Of a DNA stretch of 64,000 bases, positions 46,701-56,435 are shown piece by piece (position 1 is the stretch's first letter; the number at the start of each line of letters is the position of its first letter). Source of the stretch: Bacteroidales bacterium UBA3810 (lineage in GTDB: Bacteria; Bacteroidota; Bacteroidia; Bacteroidales; Paludibacteraceae). Under the pieces are notes generated by a model, which saw only the letters and a program-made list of their open reading frames with translations, was not told the origin of the DNA and did no database searches. The translations under genes and the position numbers were made by a program. Location of the stretch: positions 1,511 to 65,510 of the forward strand of contig DFEE01000032.1 of the NCBI GenBank assembly GCA_002368645.1, in the 5' to 3' direction.

Positions 46701-48517
46701 AAACATTACTCCTCTTATTACTCCTCTCAGCAGTCAATATCGATGGAATTATCGAGGATATTTATAACCAACTTACAGAGTTGGAGTACACCGATTATGA
46801 AGAATTGCAAAATACTCTCTATGAGTTAGCAGACCACCCGATTGACCTTAACCACACTTCGGAGCGTGAACTTCAGCGGATTCCGTTTTTGACATCACTC
46901 CAGATAGACAATATCCTCCTTTATGTCCATGATCATCCCATGGAGGAGACAACTGAACTATATCTCGTTCCGGGGTTCCGTGAATATGAAGTACTTAACC
47001 TCTTGCCTTTTGTTACGGTTTCTGCTGCAAAAGTGGATGATAAAATGTATGCTCGGGAGGTCTTTCAATATGCAGGGCACGAAATCAACCTGCGCGTTGA
47101 TACCCGTAGATTGGAAGATTTTAAGGGAGATCCGGTCTATATTCAAGGCAAATACAAATTTAATTATGCCAATCGAGTGCAATTCGGAGCCGTGTTGAGA
47201 CGTCCGGCTGGGGGAGATGGACAGGACATCCGATATGGTGGGTATCTGCAGCTCAATAATATCGGTATTCTTCGGGAGTTTGTTGCCGGTGAGTTTCAAG
47301 CGCAGTTTGGAACAGGTTTGGTTTTTAGTAGTGTTTTTCATCTTGGTAAAAAGAACTATGTCCTTAACATCGGTACTAAACGGGAAGGACTCACGAAATA
47401 CACTTCCCCGGACGGCGAGGGATTGCAAGGGGTGGGAGCTACGCTGGAATTTGGCGATGCCCATAAAGCCCTTATCAGTACATCTTCCCTCTATTCTATT
47501 AAACGTGCTAATGATTCTATTATCCTTCATAACATCGGCGCCAATGTTACCTTAACGCACAATAATTTTAAGATAGGACTTACCTTAAACGAGAAGATTT
47601 ACTCCGATTCCATCGGATATTTTCATGAACCCGAATATACTCGTACCTACTTTCATGGTACTCGTCAAGCCGTCCTCGGTCTTAATGCGCGATACCATTG
47701 GCAGTGGTTTGATATCTTTGGCGAAGTCGCAGCAGCGCAAAATACCCGTTGGGGTGTAGGAATAAATGTCGGGGCACGCTTCAGTCCGGTTGAGACTGTT
47801 GGACTTGTATTACTTTACCGTTACTACTCCCCATACTTTGATAATATAGATGGATATGCCTTTTCGGAGACCGATCGGTTACATGATGAAAACGGGGGCT
47901 ATGTCGGTATTGAGTGGAAACCCGCCTACTGGAGAATTGCTGCTTATGGTGATGTGTTCTATTTTAGTGGCGTTAAATACGGTATTCCTTTTGCTCCGTC
48001 TATAGGCTATGACACCTATCTGGAGGCACAATGGTTGCCTCAAAAAGACTACTATATGCTTTGGCAACTTCGCGCACGGGAAAAAGGAATGACGGGCTTG
48101 TACTCAGTACGCTACCAATTTAATATTACCAAAAGGCAGTGGCGCTTCAGAACGCAGGCGGATGCCAATATGGCGAAAGATAAGGAGGGTACCTTGACTT
48201 GGGGCGCTTCTGTTTATCAAGATGTACAATATATTTTTCATTTTCCGCTTTCCATCACAGGACGGTTACAGGCTTTTCATGCCAAGGAATGGGCGAATAG
48301 AATCTACACATTTGAGAATGATGTCCTATATGGTTTTTCCATTCCTGCTTTATATGGCCAGGGGCTGCGGGCGTATATCAATATGAAGTACCAACCCGTT
48401 GACAGGTTGGCACTATATTTGAGAGTTAGCAATACTTTCTATTATAATCGTTTACAATCCGGCACTGACTCTCCTACGCAAACGGATATCCATTTATTAG
48501 CGCGAATTAAATTATAA
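46697..48517 (+). CDS. helix-hairpin-helix domain protein fused to a predicted outer-membrane beta-barrel
   Basis: Signal peptide MKTLLLLLLLSAV. HhH-like NHTSERELQRIPFLTSLQIDNILLY. Then about 450 aa of alternating-hydrophobic strands rich in aromatic girdle residues, such as YVGIEWKPAYWRIAAYGDVFYF and LALYLRVSNTFYY. Confidence 0.65.
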   Translation: MKTLLLLLLLSAVNIDGIIEDIYNQLTELEYTDYEELQNTLYELADHPIDLNHTSERELQRIPFLTSLQIDNILLYVHDHPMEETTELYLVPGFREYEVLNLLPFVTVSAAKVDDKMYAREVFQYAGHEINLRVDTRRLEDFKGDPVYIQGKYKFNYANRVQFGAVLRRPAGGDGQDIRYGGYLQLNNIGILREFVAGEFQAQFGTGLVFSSVFHLGKKNYVLNIGTKREGLTKYTSPDGEGLQGVGATLEFGDAHKALISTSSLYSIKRANDSIILHNIGANVTLTHNNFKIGLTLNEKIYSDSIGYFHEPEYTRTYFHGTRQAVLGLNARYHWQWFDIFGEVAAAQNTRWGVGINVGARFSPVETVGLVLLYRYYSPYFDNIDGYAFSETDRLHDENGGYVGIEWKPAYWRIAAYGDVFYFSGVKYGIPFAPSIGYDTYLEAQWLPQKDYYMLWQLRAREKGMTGLYSVRYQFNITKRQWRFRTQADANMAKDKEGTLTWGASVYQDVQYIFHFPLSITGRLQAFHAKEWANRIYTFENDVLYGFSIPALYGQGLRAYINMKYQPVDRLALYLRVSNTFYYNRLQSGTDSPTQTDIHLLARIKL

Positions 48518-49369
48518 GATTAAGCGTTGCTCTTTCTGTTGAGCAACAACCAATGCGTCAAAATCGTGGTATGGATCAATCATGCCGTGATCTAAGTCCA
48601 GTTCTTCAATCCGTGCCATCTCCTCGGCGCTCAAGTCAAAATCTAAACTGTTGAAATTTTCTGCCATACGTGCCTTATGCACCGACTTAGGAATAACGAC
48701 GATGTCCTGTTGAGTCAAAAATCGTAAGGCTACCTGGGCAGCCGTTTTTCCATGAACTGAACCAATCTCGGTCAGAACAGGGTGGGTGAATAATCCGTTC
48801 TTACCCTCTGCCATCGGTGCCCAAGCGGTTACAATGGTATTGTAGCGCTTACAGATGGCTCTATTAGCTTTCTGCTGACAGAATACAGAAGTCTCTATTT
48901 GATTCACTGCGGGCACAATCTCCACATTGTCTGCTAAGTCGGGGAATCGGTCATAGTAGAAATTGGACACCCCTAACGCCCTTGCTTTGCCCGCCTTGAG
49001 GGCTTCTTCCATAGCACGATAGGTGCCATAGTAATCACCATAGGCGCGGTGAATGAGTAATAAATCCACATAATCGGTCTGTAATTTGCGAAGAGATTCG
49101 TCGATTGAACGCTTGGCTCGTTCATACCCGGAATTGGAAACCCAAATCTTGGTGGTCAGAAACAAATCTTCTCGATGAATACCCGAAGCGCGCCAACCTT
49201 CGCCGACACCTTCCTCGTTGCGGTATATTTGAGCCGTATCTATGGCACGATAGCCTACCGCTATAGCATCTTGAACACAGCGAGAACATGCTTCTGGAGC
49301 AATCTTATAGACTCCATAACCGATAAGAGGCATCGCAACACCATTGTTGAGCGTAATTGTAGATTTCAT
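48512..49369 (-). CDS. aldo/keto reductase (2,5-diketo-D-gluconate reductase-like)
   Basis: Starts MKSTITLNNGVAMPLIGYGVYK. Contains the AKR signatures IDTAQIYRNEEGVG, LFLTTKIW and the C-terminal IPKSVHKARMAENF. The start is trimmed from 49441 to 49369. Confidence 0.88.
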   Translation of the reverse strand: MKSTITLNNGVAMPLIGYGVYKIAPEACSRCVQDAIAVGYRAIDTAQIYRNEEGVGEGWRASGIHREDLFLTTKIWVSNSGYERAKRSIDESLRKLQTDYVDLLLIHRAYGDYYGTYRAMEEALKAGKARALGVSNFYYDRFPDLADNVEIVPAVNQIETSVFCQQKANRAICKRYNTIVTAWAPMAEGKNGLFTHPVLTEIGSVHGKTAAQVALRFLTQQDIVVIPKSVHKARMAENFNSLDFDLSAEEMARIEELDLDHGMIDPYHDFDALVVAQQKEQRLIL

Positions 49370-49485
49370 AAATTTGAATGCTTTTATTGGATTAAAAGAT
49401 AAAAGTGGTGCAAAAATACATTTTTTTTTGCACATGTCCAAGAATTTTTATACTTTTGCAGCCGATTTGGTTAAAAACAGATATT

Positions 49486-49914
49486 ATGTTGAAAAACATC
49501 TTAGCTATTACCGGTAAACCCGGATTGTTTAAGCTTATCAGCCGTGGTAATAACATGCTGATTGTAGAATCTTTAGTGGATGGTAAACGCTTGCCGACTT
49601 ATGCCCGCGATAAAATTGTGTCATTAGCCGATGTATCGATGTACACAACCGGAGATGACATCCCCTTGAGCGAGGTATTGACCAAATTAGGCGCTAAAGA
49701 AGAACTCAAACCGGTGACCATGGACTTAAAGAAAGCTGATAATGATGCGTTAAGAGTTGCTTTTGCCGAGGTCTTGCCGGACTTTGATCGCGACCGTGTG
49801 TATCCTTCCGATATCCGTAAATTATTCTCCTGGTATAATATCCTGATTAATGCCGGTATTACCGACTTCACTGTAGAAGAGGGAGAGACCGAGGAAGAAC
49901 CTAAAAAAGATTGA
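49486..49914 (+). CDS. DUF5606-like conserved Bacteroidetes protein
   Basis: Starts MLKNILAITGKPGLFKLISRGNNMLIVESL. A -7 box TACTTTTG lies at 49451-49458. The family name is from memory. Confidence 0.6.
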   Translation: MLKNILAITGKPGLFKLISRGNNMLIVESLVDGKRLPTYARDKIVSLADVSMYTTGDDIPLSEVLTKLGAKEELKPVTMDLKKADNDALRVAFAEVLPDFDRDRVYPSDIRKLFSWYNILINAGITDFTVEEGETEEEPKKD

Positions 49915-50684
49915 TACTTAGCGATATATTGAATATCATCGAGTCTGCTGCGCCCTTGAAGTGGCAAGAACAATGGGATAACTCGGGGCTGCAAGTAGGT
50001 GATTTAAACGCGAATATTCAAAAGGCGTTATTGACCACAGACCTCACGGAGACGGTGGTCAATGAGGCTATTTCATGTGGCTGCCAACTCATTATCAGCC
50101 ATCATCCCTTACTCTTTCATGGACTCAAACACCTGACGGGCGCGACCCCGCAGGAGAGGATTGTTGAAACCGCGCTTAAAAACGGTATTGCCATCTACTC
50201 CTCTCATACCGCCATGGATAGTTACATCCATGGAGTTAGTGGTCGTATGGCGGAAAAGATAGGACTGAACCGGTACCGGATCTTAGTCCCTTCCGTGACC
50301 TATGGGGAAGAAGTCGGCTTGGGTGTCATAGGGACGCTCCCGCAAGCCGTTAAAACGGTTGACTTCGTGCAGCATGTCAAGACTGTTTTTGGCGCGCAAT
50401 GGATTCGCTATACCGAAGGTAAAAACTCCGTTCAAACCGTCGCTCTATGCGGTGGAGCCGGCGCTGAGTTCGTTTCCGAAGCTATCCGGCAAGGAGCTGA
50501 CGCCTATATCTCTGCTGACTTTAAGTACCACGATTTGCAGGCTGTCGCAGACCAATTAGTGGTCATTGACATGGACCATTGGGTTTCAGAGCATTTTACT
50601 CGCGAAATATTCCAAGAATTATTGGCGGGAAAAGTTGAAACCATTATTTCTAAAGAAGACAGAAGTCCGATTAAAACACTATAA
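49911..50684 (+). CDS. Nif3-like dinuclear metal center protein (YbgI family)
   Basis: Contains QEQWDNSGLQVG, LIISHHPLLF and SSHTAMD. TTG start. Confidence 0.85.
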   Translation: MILSDILNIIESAAPLKWQEQWDNSGLQVGDLNANIQKALLTTDLTETVVNEAISCGCQLIISHHPLLFHGLKHLTGATPQERIVETALKNGIAIYSSHTAMDSYIHGVSGRMAEKIGLNRYRILVPSVTYGEEVGLGVIGTLPQAVKTVDFVQHVKTVFGAQWIRYTEGKNSVQTVALCGGAGAEFVSEAIRQGADAYISADFKYHDLQAVADQLVVIDMDHWVSEHFTREIFQELLAGKVETIISKEDRSPIKTL

Positions 50685-50696
50685 ATATATATAACT

Positions 50697-51449
50697 ATGG
50701 CAAAAGAAGTAAAAGAAATGACCGTAGAAGAGAAACTCAAAACTCTCTACGAACTGCAGCAAGTTGACTCGAAGATTGATGAGTTGCGTATTCTCGCCGG
50801 AGAACTCCCCCAGGAGGTGAAGGATATGTCCGACGAAGTAGAAGGACTGCAGACCCGTCTCAGCAATATCAATGCCGAGATTAAAGAGTGCGATGTTCAA
50901 ATCGCCGATCGTAAGGTGAAGATTGATAATGCCAAAGCTGCTATTGCCCGCTATAAGGAACAGCAGGATAATGTGCGCAACAATCGTGAGTTTGATAACC
51001 TTTCTAAGGAGATTGAGTATCAAGAGACCGATATTGAGTTGAGCCAGAAGAATATCCGTCGCTACGAAGAGCAGAAAGAAGCCGCTGTCGCCGAGAAAGA
51101 CCGCACTACCCAGGCTATCACCGAGAAGAGTGCTGACCTGAATCAGAAGAAGGAAGAGCTCGATAAAATCCTCCAAGAGACCAAAGCCGAAACCGACACC
51201 CTCATGCTTCAAGCGGCAGAGTTGGAGAAGAAGATTGACGAGCGGCACTTAGCTGCCTTCAAAAGGATCCGCAAAAATGCCCATAACGGATTGGCTGTCG
51301 TTAAAGTAGAACGCGACTCTTGTGGTGGTTGCCACGCTAAGGTTCCGGCACAAAGACAATTGGATATCCGCTTGCATAAGAAGATTATCGTTTGCGAGTT
51401 CTGCGGACGTATCCTCGTCGATAGCGAAATGGTGGATAAGAAAAAGTAA
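50697..51449 (+). CDS. coiled-coil protein with C-terminal C4 zinc ribbon (COG1579-type, usual Nif3 neighbour)
   Basis: Long heptad region, then CGGCHAKVPAQ...VCEFCGRIL. Confidence 0.8.
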   Translation: MAKEVKEMTVEEKLKTLYELQQVDSKIDELRILAGELPQEVKDMSDEVEGLQTRLSNINAEIKECDVQIADRKVKIDNAKAAIARYKEQQDNVRNNREFDNLSKEIEYQETDIELSQKNIRRYEEQKEAAVAEKDRTTQAITEKSADLNQKKEELDKILQETKAETDTLMLQAAELEKKIDERHLAAFKRIRKNAHNGLAVVKVERDSCGGCHAKVPAQRQLDIRLHKKIIVCEFCGRILVDSEMVDKKK

Positions 51450-51484
51450 ACTTAAACCCAAAATGGTCTAATGGCCGATTTGGC

Positions 51485-54103
51485 TTAAAATAAACTCAAT
51501 TGGTCGTCCACAGGTTTAGACGATTCCGGAACGGAAGCATCTATCTCAATGGGGACATCTAAAACGGAAGGAACATCTGCTGCAGTGGGTGTTTCTTTGT
51601 TTTCATCGGGATTTTCGGAAGCCTCTTCTGGTTCAGGATCCGGCTCCGGCGTGATATCATTGATGGCGGATACCTCCAAGGTCGTAATTCGTTTGCCTTT
51701 TGCTTTGGGGGACTTGGCATCGATAAAATCCTCCATGTTGATAATCATTTTTTCCCTGTTTTCATCGGCATAAATGACCTCAAAGATAGGAGCATCCTTG
51801 TCGGTTAAAATAGTGATGGAACTGTCCTTGTTGTTGCCCAGGAAGTTTTGAACTTTTGCTGTGGCGTCAAAAGTGAATCGTTTGCCGTAGTAATACCCTA
51901 ACTCCGCATTCCACATTGCCAAGGTCCATATCTTCTCTGGTGCAAACTTCTCAATCCGTAACCAGCCTGCTTCAAAGTGCGCCGTTTCTTCAAACGTGTT
52001 GAGATAATAATCTCCATTAGGCATGATTACCAATATCCGGTCTTCCTCTTGGAACTCACCGAGATACGTGCCCTGCCCGTCGTAATTGATACGAAGCACA
52101 TCGGGGTCGAACCATACCTTGCGACCGCCTAAGGTCGAATGACCTTTTTGCTTGAGGGTGATTGACTTTATTTCGTATTTCGTGAGTAAATTGCCTCGGG
52201 CGCTGCGGCTCTTGACGGCCAACTCGGAAAGGTCCTTGTAGGATTCCATTTTCTTCAAATGAAGTGCCGGCTTTAACGCAACTTTTATCACTTCAGCCTC
52301 TCCGTTGGGGTTGGCGGTGAAATAAACAACCTTACTGCCTTCTTTGCCTTGTGTCAAGTCGTATTCTTTATCTTTCGCTACCCCCGATACATAGAAGCGC
52401 TTCATGTAATACGCCCCCTTCTTACCGTCGCGATACACTACATTATAAATTGTGCGGGTGTCGTTCTTCTTGAATATATCCACATGCAGAATATCCGTGC
52501 CGATAAATATCTTGTCCGCCACTTTGGTAATCTTGTATTTACCATCTTTGTGGAAGATAATAATGTCGTCTAAATCGGAGCAATTGCATAGGAACTTATC
52601 TTTCTTGAGACCGGTCCCGATGAAACCTTCTTCGAGATTGATATAGAGCTTTTCATTCGCTTCGACAACGGTCTTGACATTGATGGATGCGAAATTGCGC
52701 ACCTCGGTCTTGCGAGGGTAGCGCTCGCCATACTTGGCTTTAAGATTTTCAAACCACCGTATAGTGTACTCCGTGAGATGAGCGAGATTTTTCTCGCACG
52801 CCTTTATCTTACGCTCCAGCTCCTTCATCAGTTCATCCGCTTTCTTGGCATCAAACTTCGTGATGCGAATCATGCGAATCTCAAAGAGCTTCTCTATATC
52901 CTCTGTACGAACCTCGCGAATGAGTTGCAACTTGAACGGCTCTAACGCTTTGTCCACAAAGGCTATTAACTTCTCTTTGTTGGGCGCCTCCTCGTAGCCT
53001 TGTTCCTTATAAATGCGGTTCTCAATAAAGATGCGCTCCAAGGAGGTGTAGAAATACTGCTCTTGTAACTCGGATTTCTCTATCTCTAATTCCCATTTGA
53101 GCAACTCTTTGGTGTGCTCCGTGGACATCTTCAAGAGCGTCGTGATATTGGTGAAAATCGGTTTCTTGTTCTCAATAACGCAACAGTTCGGTGAGATAGA
53201 CGTCTCGCAATCCGTGAAGGCATATAAAGCATCTATCGTCTTGTCCGACGAAGCGCCCGGAGCAAGTTGAACAACCACTTTTGCCTCGTTCGTCGTGAAA
53301 TCGTCAACTTTGCGAATTTTTATCTTCCCCTTCTCCTGAGCTTTGATAATGGTCTCTATAATCTTGGTCGAAGTGGTACCATAGGGCACTTGGCTGATGA
53401 TAAGGGTCTTATTATCATCGGCTTTCGTTATTTTGGAGCGCAACTTAATGCTTCCCCCACGCTCACCGTCATTATATCGGCTGACGTCAACTTCGCCGCC
53501 CGTCGGGAAATCTGGATATAATTGAAACTCTTCACCGCGTAAATAGGCCAACGACGCATCGCATAACTCGTTGAAATTATGCGGCATAATCTTAACGCTT
53601 AGGCCTACGGCAATACCTTCGGCACCTTGGGCTAAGAGTAGGGGAAACTTAATCGGTAGATTGATGGGCTCTTTCTTGCGACCGTCATACGACAGCATCC
53701 AATGGGTCGTCTTGGCGTTAAAAACCGTTTCGAGGGCGAACTTACTAAGCCGGGCTTCTATGTAACGAGGAGCGGCTGCACCGTCTCCCGTCAGGATATT
53801 TCCCCAGTTCCCTTGACAATCAATCAGCAAGTCTTTTTGCCCCAATTGCACCAACGCATCACCTATCGACGCATCGCCGTGAGGGTGATATTGCATGGTC
53901 TGACCAACGATATTCGCCACCTTGTTGTACTTGCCGTCATCGACCATCTTCATCGCATGAAGTATACGGCGTTGCACAGGCTTAAGACCGTCCTCTATTG
54001 CTGGGACGGCCCGCTCTAATATCACATACGAAGCATAGTCCAAGAACCAATCTTGGTACATGCCGTTAAGATGATATTTAATGCTGTCGTTGAACTCGGC
54101 CAT
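51485..54103 (-). CDS. parC: DNA topoisomerase IV subunit A (type IIA topoisomerase A subunit)
   Basis: Contains DGLKPVQRRILHAM, active-site AAPRYIEARL, and a C-terminal beta-pinwheel region plus acidic tail. The ParC versus GyrA call rests on length and the absence of a recognisable GyrA box, so it is moderately certain. Confidence 0.85.
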   Translation of the reverse strand: MAEFNDSIKYHLNGMYQDWFLDYASYVILERAVPAIEDGLKPVQRRILHAMKMVDDGKYNKVANIVGQTMQYHPHGDASIGDALVQLGQKDLLIDCQGNWGNILTGDGAAAPRYIEARLSKFALETVFNAKTTHWMLSYDGRKKEPINLPIKFPLLLAQGAEGIAVGLSVKIMPHNFNELCDASLAYLRGEEFQLYPDFPTGGEVDVSRYNDGERGGSIKLRSKITKADDNKTLIISQVPYGTTSTKIIETIIKAQEKGKIKIRKVDDFTTNEAKVVVQLAPGASSDKTIDALYAFTDCETSISPNCCVIENKKPIFTNITTLLKMSTEHTKELLKWELEIEKSELQEQYFYTSLERIFIENRIYKEQGYEEAPNKEKLIAFVDKALEPFKLQLIREVRTEDIEKLFEIRMIRITKFDAKKADELMKELERKIKACEKNLAHLTEYTIRWFENLKAKYGERYPRKTEVRNFASINVKTVVEANEKLYINLEEGFIGTGLKKDKFLCNCSDLDDIIIFHKDGKYKITKVADKIFIGTDILHVDIFKKNDTRTIYNVVYRDGKKGAYYMKRFYVSGVAKDKEYDLTQGKEGSKVVYFTANPNGEAEVIKVALKPALHLKKMESYKDLSELAVKSRSARGNLLTKYEIKSITLKQKGHSTLGGRKVWFDPDVLRINYDGQGTYLGEFQEEDRILVIMPNGDYYLNTFEETAHFEAGWLRIEKFAPEKIWTLAMWNAELGYYYGKRFTFDATAKVQNFLGNNKDSSITILTDKDAPIFEVIYADENREKMIINMEDFIDAKSPKAKGKRITTLEVSAINDITPEPDPEPEEASENPDENKETPTAADVPSVLDVPIEIDASVPESSKPVDDQLSLF

Positions 54104-54117
54104 GTCAAATCACCTCC

Positions 54118-54285
54118 TTAATCGAGCTTACGATTAAGAATGATATGGCACAGAATACCTACTACTTCTAACACTAAACTGGTAATCAACAATGCGTTAG
54201 AAGGCAGTGCAAAACGATAAACTACCAAACAGCATACTCCCAGCAAAACAAGAATAATGCCTAAAAATCTTAAGAATGTATTCAT
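54118..54285 (-). CDS. small two-TM membrane protein (55 aa) upstream of parC
   Basis: Translation MNTFLRFLGIILVLLGVCCLVVYRFALPSNALLITSLVLEVVGILCHIILNRKLD. A -7 box TATATTTG (plus strand CAAATATA, 54326-54333) argues against the longer ORF. Confidence 0.5.
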   Translation of the reverse strand: MNTFLRFLGIILVLLGVCCLVVYRFALPSNALLITSLVLEVVGILCHIILNRKLD

Positions 54286-54455
54286 AATGGTATAAGTATA
54301 ATAAGCGCTCCAATCTTTGCGGCTGCAAATATACAACAAATTTTTGGAATACGCAAATAAAAGTGCAAAATTTTTGAATTTATGCAAATATAGATAGAAT
54401 TTCACTTCTTCAAAAGAATTTTGTAAATATTTTTGCAAATTTGAGAAAAATACTA

Positions 54456-54463
54456 TAACTTTG
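54456..54463 (+). promoter_or_regulatory. -7 box TAACTTTG for fprA
   Basis: TAACTTTG lies 20 nt upstream of the ATG at 54483. Confidence 0.45.
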
Positions 54464-54482
54464 CAGAAAATTTTTAGGAATT

Positions 54483-55631
54483 ATGAAAAATATCAAGTAT
54501 GTAGGGTGCGATGATGCAACTTTGGATTTGTTTGAAAGCCAATATGTATTGCCGGAAGGCATGTGTTACAATAGTTATGTACTACTCGGTGAGGCGCGCG
54601 TGGCGGTGATGGATGCGGTGGATGCGCGTTGCTGCGAGGAGTGGCTCAAAAAGGTTGAAGAAATACTCGGCAACCGCAAACCCGATTACCTCGTTTGCCA
54701 TCACATGGAACCCGACCATAGCGGCTCAATAAATGCCTTTTTGACGAAATACCCCGAAACAATTGTCCTTTGCTCCAAACAGGCTACGGTCATGGCAGCG
54801 CAGTTTGGAATTGACATAAAGAACCTGCAAGTGGTAGCCGAAGGACAGGTTATTGACCTCGGTGGACAAACACTGCAATTCGTTGCGGCGCCGATGATTC
54901 ACTGGCCCGAAGTGATGATGTCCTATTGCCCCGAAGAACAAGTCCTCTTCTCTGCGGATGCCTTTGGTAAATTCGGTGTGTATCACGCGGACGAAGATGA
55001 TTGGGCATGCGAAGCAAGACGCTACTACTTCAATATCGTCGGCAAATACGGAGCGCAAGTCGCCAATCTCCTTAAGAAATTGGCTGATAAGCCGATAACG
55101 ACAATTGCCCCCTTGCACGGATATATGCTTGAAGGCGAGAAAAAAGACGAAGCTCTGCGGCTTTATAATATATGGAGTACATATGGCGTGGAGACCGAAG
55201 GGGTCTTAGTCGCTTATGCTTCTATCCACGGAAATACCGCTAAAGCCGCTCAGCAATTGGCAGAAATCCTCAAAACAAAAGGTGCTGGTAAAGTGGCTAT
55301 TACTGATTTAACGCGGGACGACATGGCGGAGGCAATTGAGGATGCTTTCCGAATGGATAAGTTGGTGCTTTGCTGTGCTACGTATGATGGTGACATCTTC
55401 CCCCCTATGCATATGTTCCTGCATAAACTCCGCCTCAAAGGCTACCAAAATAGACGTGTCGCACTGGTTGAGAACGGCTCTTGGGCACCGCAAGCCGTAC
55501 GCATCATGAAGGAAATGCTTGCTGCTTGCAAGAATATTGAGATTGTTGAACCGACCCTTACCATCCGAGGCGCACTCAAGCCCGAACAATCGGCGCAACT
55601 TGAGACACTCGCTGACGCATTGTTAGCATAA
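54483..55631 (+). CDS. fprA: FprA-family flavodiiron protein (metallo-beta-lactamase-like plus flavodoxin-like domains)
   Basis: Di-iron motif HHMEPDHSG. C-terminal flavodoxin-like YASIHGNTAKAA. Confidence 0.88.
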   Translation: MKNIKYVGCDDATLDLFESQYVLPEGMCYNSYVLLGEARVAVMDAVDARCCEEWLKKVEEILGNRKPDYLVCHHMEPDHSGSINAFLTKYPETIVLCSKQATVMAAQFGIDIKNLQVVAEGQVIDLGGQTLQFVAAPMIHWPEVMMSYCPEEQVLFSADAFGKFGVYHADEDDWACEARRYYFNIVGKYGAQVANLLKKLADKPITTIAPLHGYMLEGEKKDEALRLYNIWSTYGVETEGVLVAYASIHGNTAKAAQQLAEILKTKGAGKVAITDLTRDDMAEAIEDAFRMDKLVLCCATYDGDIFPPMHMFLHKLRLKGYQNRRVALVENGSWAPQAVRIMKEMLAACKNIEIVEPTLTIRGALKPEQSAQLETLADALLA

Positions 55632-55655
55632 AGAGCACTGCCCCCTTCCGACCCC

Positions 55656-55728
55656 CTGATATCTAGGCCTCCTGGTCCCCCGGCATCCTAGTATCCCGGT
55701 CTCCCGGCACCCTGGGCATCCTGGCAAC
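55656..55728. repeat. 8-bp tandem repeat x9 (CYRGNNTC), reverse complement of the 15429-15476 repeat type
   Basis: Nine units: CTGATATC, TAGGCCTC, CTGGTCCC, CCGGCATC, CTAGTATC, CCGGTCTC, CCGGCACC, CTGGGCATC, CTGGCAAC. The reverse complement of the first locus unit GATACCGG is CCGGTATC. Confidence 0.7.
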
Positions 55729-55769
55729 CAATTAACCAATATATTAACCCCCTTAAAAATCTAAACAGT

Positions 55770-55928
55770 ATGGCAAAGTACATTTGTGAAGTATGCGGGT
55801 ACGAGTATGACCCCGCAGTTGGTGATCCTGATAACGGCATTGCACCCGGCACTCCGTTTGAAGAACTTCCCGAAGATTGGACCTGTCCTCTCTGCGGCGT
55901 CGGAAAAGACCAATTCGCAGAAGCGTAA
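55770..55928 (+). CDS. rubredoxin (52 aa)
   Basis: Not in the ORF track because it is under 60 aa. Translation [52 protein letters not shown] carries both CxxCG knuckles. Confidence 0.92.
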   Translation: MAKYICEVCGYEYDPAVGDPDNGIAPGTPFEELPEDWTCPLCGVGKDQFAEA

Positions 55929-55938
55929 AATTCCCAAA

Positions 55939-55970
55939 GCGGGTGTGTCAATACTGGCACACCCGCTTTT
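55939..55970 (+). terminator. rho-independent terminator after rubredoxin
   Basis: GCGGGTGTG, then the loop, then CACACCCGC followed by TTTT. Confidence 0.7.
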
Positions 55971-56435
55971 CAACTATTCCCCTCACCCTCACGCTCATCA
56001 TGTAATACTTGCGCCGTATCCGCATCGGGTGCTGATCGGGTGCTCACCGAACCGTCCAAGAACCATCCGTGAACCATCGCCGAACAATCCCCTAAAAACC
56101 GCCCTGTAGTACACCTGCCTCTTGCGGCATGATGTGGCTTATTCTTGCCTAATTCTGCCAACGGGTAAATGTCCACAAACTATATTTTCTGCATGCAAAG
56201 TGCAGATTTTTTTTGATATAGCCAAATAATCTTATATTTTTTATAATCGAAAAATCTTATGATTTTGCTTGCATGAAGCAAAAATAGAGCTTCTTATCCG
56301 AAAATTGGCATGAGACGGTGTTAATAATCGGCATAATTCATAATGGAACTATAACGGATCTATAAAGGTGCTACGGGGATAGATAGGGTAGTGAAACCTA
56401 ATCGCAAAGACCTATGCAGGCTGGGTAAAGATTAC

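Noticed and set aside
50679-51248. 189-aa minus-strand ORF
   Set aside because: It is antisense to the coiled-coil/zinc-ribbon gene. It is a Leu-rich mirror of the Glu/Lys heptads.
15429-55728. Inverted 8-bp-repeat loci as termini of a ~40-kb mobile element
   Set aside because: The intervening DNA is dominated by essential housekeeping genes (obg, adk, ribosomal proteins, parC). It contains no integrase, transposase or conjugation genes, and the repeats are short and degenerate.
55970-56176. ORFs of 68-107 aa downstream of rubredoxin
   Set aside because: They lie after a strong terminator, have no promoter box, and give Pro/His/Arg-rich low-complexity translations. The region may be decayed DNA, but I could not recognise any parent gene.
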